From contig MU053754.1 of assembly GCA_013239625.1 (NCBI GenBank), forward strand, positions 124,001 through 188,000: a stretch of DNA of 64,000 nucleotides, given 5' to 3'. Positions within the stretch are counted from its first letter, which is position 1. Every line of letters starts with the position of its first letter. Below, one piece after another: positions 61,145 through 64,000 of this stretch. The DNA is from Lama guanicoe. Its lineage: Eukaryota. Both the position numbers and the translations under genes were made by a program. Under the pieces are notes generated by a model. The model worked only from the letters and a program-made list of their open reading frames with translations, did no database searches and was not told the DNA's origin.

Positions 61145-61415
61145 ACTTTTCTTCCCTGATCATTTGAGAGTAAGTTACACGATCTTTGACCCCTAAATAT
61201 TTCAGTGTGTATTTTTTTCGAAGAACAGAGACATCTTCCTGCGTAACTAGGATACAGTGGTCAAAATCAAGAAACTTGACTGCGAGACAACACTATGATC
61301 TTGTCCACATTCTGCATTCAAGTTTTGTCAATTTCCCTAACGTTATGTATGTTTCTCAGTCACGGCTGTCGTGCGTTATCACATGTTATACTTAGGTTTC
61401 CTTTCATCTGGAAAT
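61145..61415 (-). mobile_element. L1MC-type 3' fragment
   Basis: catttgagagtaagttacac...cccctaaatatttcagtgtgtattt...aagaacagagacatc...tcaaaatcaagaaacttgac. Confidence 0.75.
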
Positions 61416-62269
61416 CCGTTAGCCAGTTACTCGTAGACTGGCCCCCAGTGTCATTTGCTGTGTTGCTCAACACTTAATTGAGATACTCAGTTGATTCCTC
61501 GCTGAGCTAGTGACGTAGGTGTTGTAGCAAGTCTGCCTGTAGGGCCATTTGAAGATAAACCAAAATTCGGCAGTCTGGGTCCTCAGAGTGGGTCTTGGGA
61601 TTGGTCATATGTTGATAGTTATCCTGTCCCACAAGGGTCTTGGACCAGGAGGTCGGAAACTCGATTTTGTTCCTGCATCCAGAGTTTAACGGAGAGAGCA
61701 AACATTAGCCCCTGGGGAACCAGGTAGGTGGAGGCTAGTTAACAGGCTTTTGTAGTTTGTTCACACCTTACCTTGCTCTCACTATTTGCAGATTACCAGT
61801 GAACGTTAGGGATGTTACCCGATGTGATGAGATTGGCTGTGAGACTCATGGGTGCTCGGATACATAGTGCCCAAGTACTGAATATTATGAACCTGCAACA
61901 AAAGGAGCATGTTTTAGAGGTGGAAACAGTTCTTGTTCAGGTTTCATGAGATACTAAACTGTAACGCCAGGGCACTTGGACACTTTGTCTTTCGACAGTA
62001 ATTTGCATCGCCATCTGTATACCATCTCACCTTAGCCCCCAAACAGAAAACTCACGTGACCAAGGTCTCTGGACCAAGTCCCAGGAGCACCCGTGTGGAG
62101 ACACGCAACCCTGGTTGCGAGGGACTGATAAGTTCCTAGAGATGTGGCTGTGTATTTGCTATTAAAGTTTCAGTGTGAGACTAGTGCCTACTGTGTATTT
62201 TATGGGTTCACTGCTTCCGCAGGTATCCTGTCTTTTTTTTTCCCCCCAAAGTTCCTTTGTTAAGATCCT

Positions 62270-62503
62270 TTTTTTTTGTTTATTAAATCCATTAATTTCA
62301 CTCTTTTTTTAATTGAAGTATAAAATATTTGATTTACAGTGTGTGTTAATTTCCGGTGCACAGCCAAGTGATTCAGTTGTACATATATATTATTTTTCAT
62401 ATGCTTTTCCACTATGGTTTATTACAGGATATTGAATATAGGTCCCTATGCTGTACAGTAGGACCCTGTGGTTTATCTGTTTTATAGGTAGTGGTGTGTA
62501 TCT
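62270..62503 (-). mobile_element. L1 3' end
   Basis: aattgaagtata...tgattcagttgtacat...ttacaggatattgaatatag...gtacagtaggacc. TSD ttaagatYct at 62260-62269 and 62504-62513. Confidence 0.88.
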
Positions 62504-62689
62504 TTAAGATTCTGTTAGTAAGCTGAGATAACCCAAAAGCCTTACAAAAACTCTCCTGGTTCTCAAATATTATATGCCAGGTGACCGGGGTTCATAGAAT
62601 TGGTGGCCCAAAGAGTAGCCATATCCTCCTTGACCAAGTTATGAAAATGAAAGAATCTCTTAAGACCGACAGAGCCCCTGGGAGGGGTG

Positions 62690-63420
62690 ACAATCCCAGT
62701 GTCGCCCCTCCTAGGTAAGCAAGGCGATTCAACAGACGGGTATTGGATGCTGCTGTAGTTTGGTTAGCAGTGGATGAAGGCGAACGTGGCAAGCATGAGG
62801 GAGTGGGTCATCATCCGTGAGGTCATGGGTACTAGTTTATGAGGGTCTGTGGAGGTCATGGTAAGGAGCTTGAATTTTATTCTAAGTCAGCTGACAATCT
62901 GCTATAGAAATAAGACGCATACGTTTAATCCATATCTCTCCGGCTCATATATATTTATCTCAGATACTTCTGTTGCATTCACAGAAGTGTAGAAGAAATG
63001 AAGGCAGAAGGAATAAAGCGAGAGATGCCCAGACAAGGAGATTGCTGGGTTATGATTCACTTGGAAGACCAGCATAAAAATTCATGGCAGAATCTATCAA
63101 TTTTGGGAAATATCAAGGACAGAGAGGCTAAGGAGGCAAGATGATGGAGTGTGAGGTTTTAATCTTAACCTTGATGGAAGGAAGCAAGATAGCAAGTGAA
63201 GTTAGAAATTTCCATGTTTTTTTCCCCCCTGTCTGCAAACATTTAACCAAAGGGGTTGGGCTTAGGCAGTGGAGAATGTGGGAGAAGGGACATGCTTGGG
63301 GATGAGGAGATGAATACAGGGGGTACTGGATGTTTTGGCAAAGATGAAGAGGTGAGAGCTGAGTACGAGGAGCCCTCAAGTTGTCTGTCTCAGTGTCCAG
63401 GTGTGGGTCGTAGAAGCACC
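62690..63420 (-). mobile_element. Degraded L2 fragments
   Basis: gagggtctgtggaggtcatggtaaggagcttgaattttattctaag is a typical antisense L2 motif. The flanks are purine-rich. Confidence 0.55.
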
Positions 63421-63450
63421 CCAAACTTCTGCTTTGATTTGCTTACATTT

Positions 63451-64000
63451 TGTGTCTGGTTTCTGCTGCCACCGTCATATAACAGATGACCACAAATCCA
63501 GCAGCCTCAGCTGATTATCCCATAGCTCTGAAGGTCAGAAGTCCCGCTGGGCTCGGCTGGTCTCACACATCTGAAGTCAAGGTGTTAGGCGGGCTTCCCT
63601 GTGGGCCCTGGGCGAGCTTCTGCTGCTCATCTCATGCAGGTTTTATTGGTAGAATTCATGTCCATGGGAGAGCAGGGCTGAGGTCCCTGGTACCTTATGG
63701 GCTTCCTATCAGGGGTCAGTGTCTTGTGCAGGGTACCTACACTCCTCGGCTCAAGCTCCGTCATCGTCAAAGCTAGCAGTGCCATACCAAATCCTTCCTG
63801 TACTTCGAATGTCTCTGACTTCCTCTTCTATCTCTGCTTGTAAGGACTTGCGTGACTGCATTGAACCTACCTGGATACTACCTTGATCAGCTCCCTATTT
63901 TAGTTAGGGTCGACTCATTAGTAATCTTAATTATTTCTTCAGAGTCCCTGTTGCCATATTCACAGGTTCAGGGGTGAAGGCACAGAAACTTCTTGGGATT
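63451..64000 (-). mobile_element. MaLR LTR (MLT1E-like), runs off the window end
   Basis: gctctgaaggtcagaagtcc...tgaagtcaaggtgtt...ggtagaattca...gggctgaggtccc...tctctgacttcctcttct...taatcttaatt...atattcacaggttc. Confidence 0.8.

Overview
Mammalian genomic DNA, almost certainly camelid (alpaca/llama/camel). About 19 copies of a tRNA-Ala(AGC)-derived SINE match the camelid vic-1 family, many with visible target-site duplications (TSDs). They lie among lineage-specific L1 3' ends and older eutherian repeats (MaLR MLT1 LTRs, MER21/MER34-type LTRs, MER20/MER58A/MER91A/MER5 DNA transposons, L2, L1M). I can support no protein-coding gene: the ORF-track entries are repeat read-throughs or chance ORFs. 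A CpG-rich left edge and a strong minus-strand bias of L1 copies suggest the window is a large early intron of a + strand gene. The most notable structures are (1) a [TSD-SINE]x4-TSD tandem array at 24894-25573, in which a SINE has become a ~163-171 bp minisatellite with four consensus B-boxes; (2) a 2324-bp direct tandem duplication at 31233-35880 with about 9 substitutions, next to an 18-N gap, which is either a recent CNV or a haplotype false duplication; (3) a head-to-head inverted pair of L1 3' ends at 18180-19660; and (4) several nested or patchwork insertions. I found no evidence of a novel coding system. Repeat subfamily names were assigned from remembered consensus features by eye and need RepeatMasker/Dfam confirmation.
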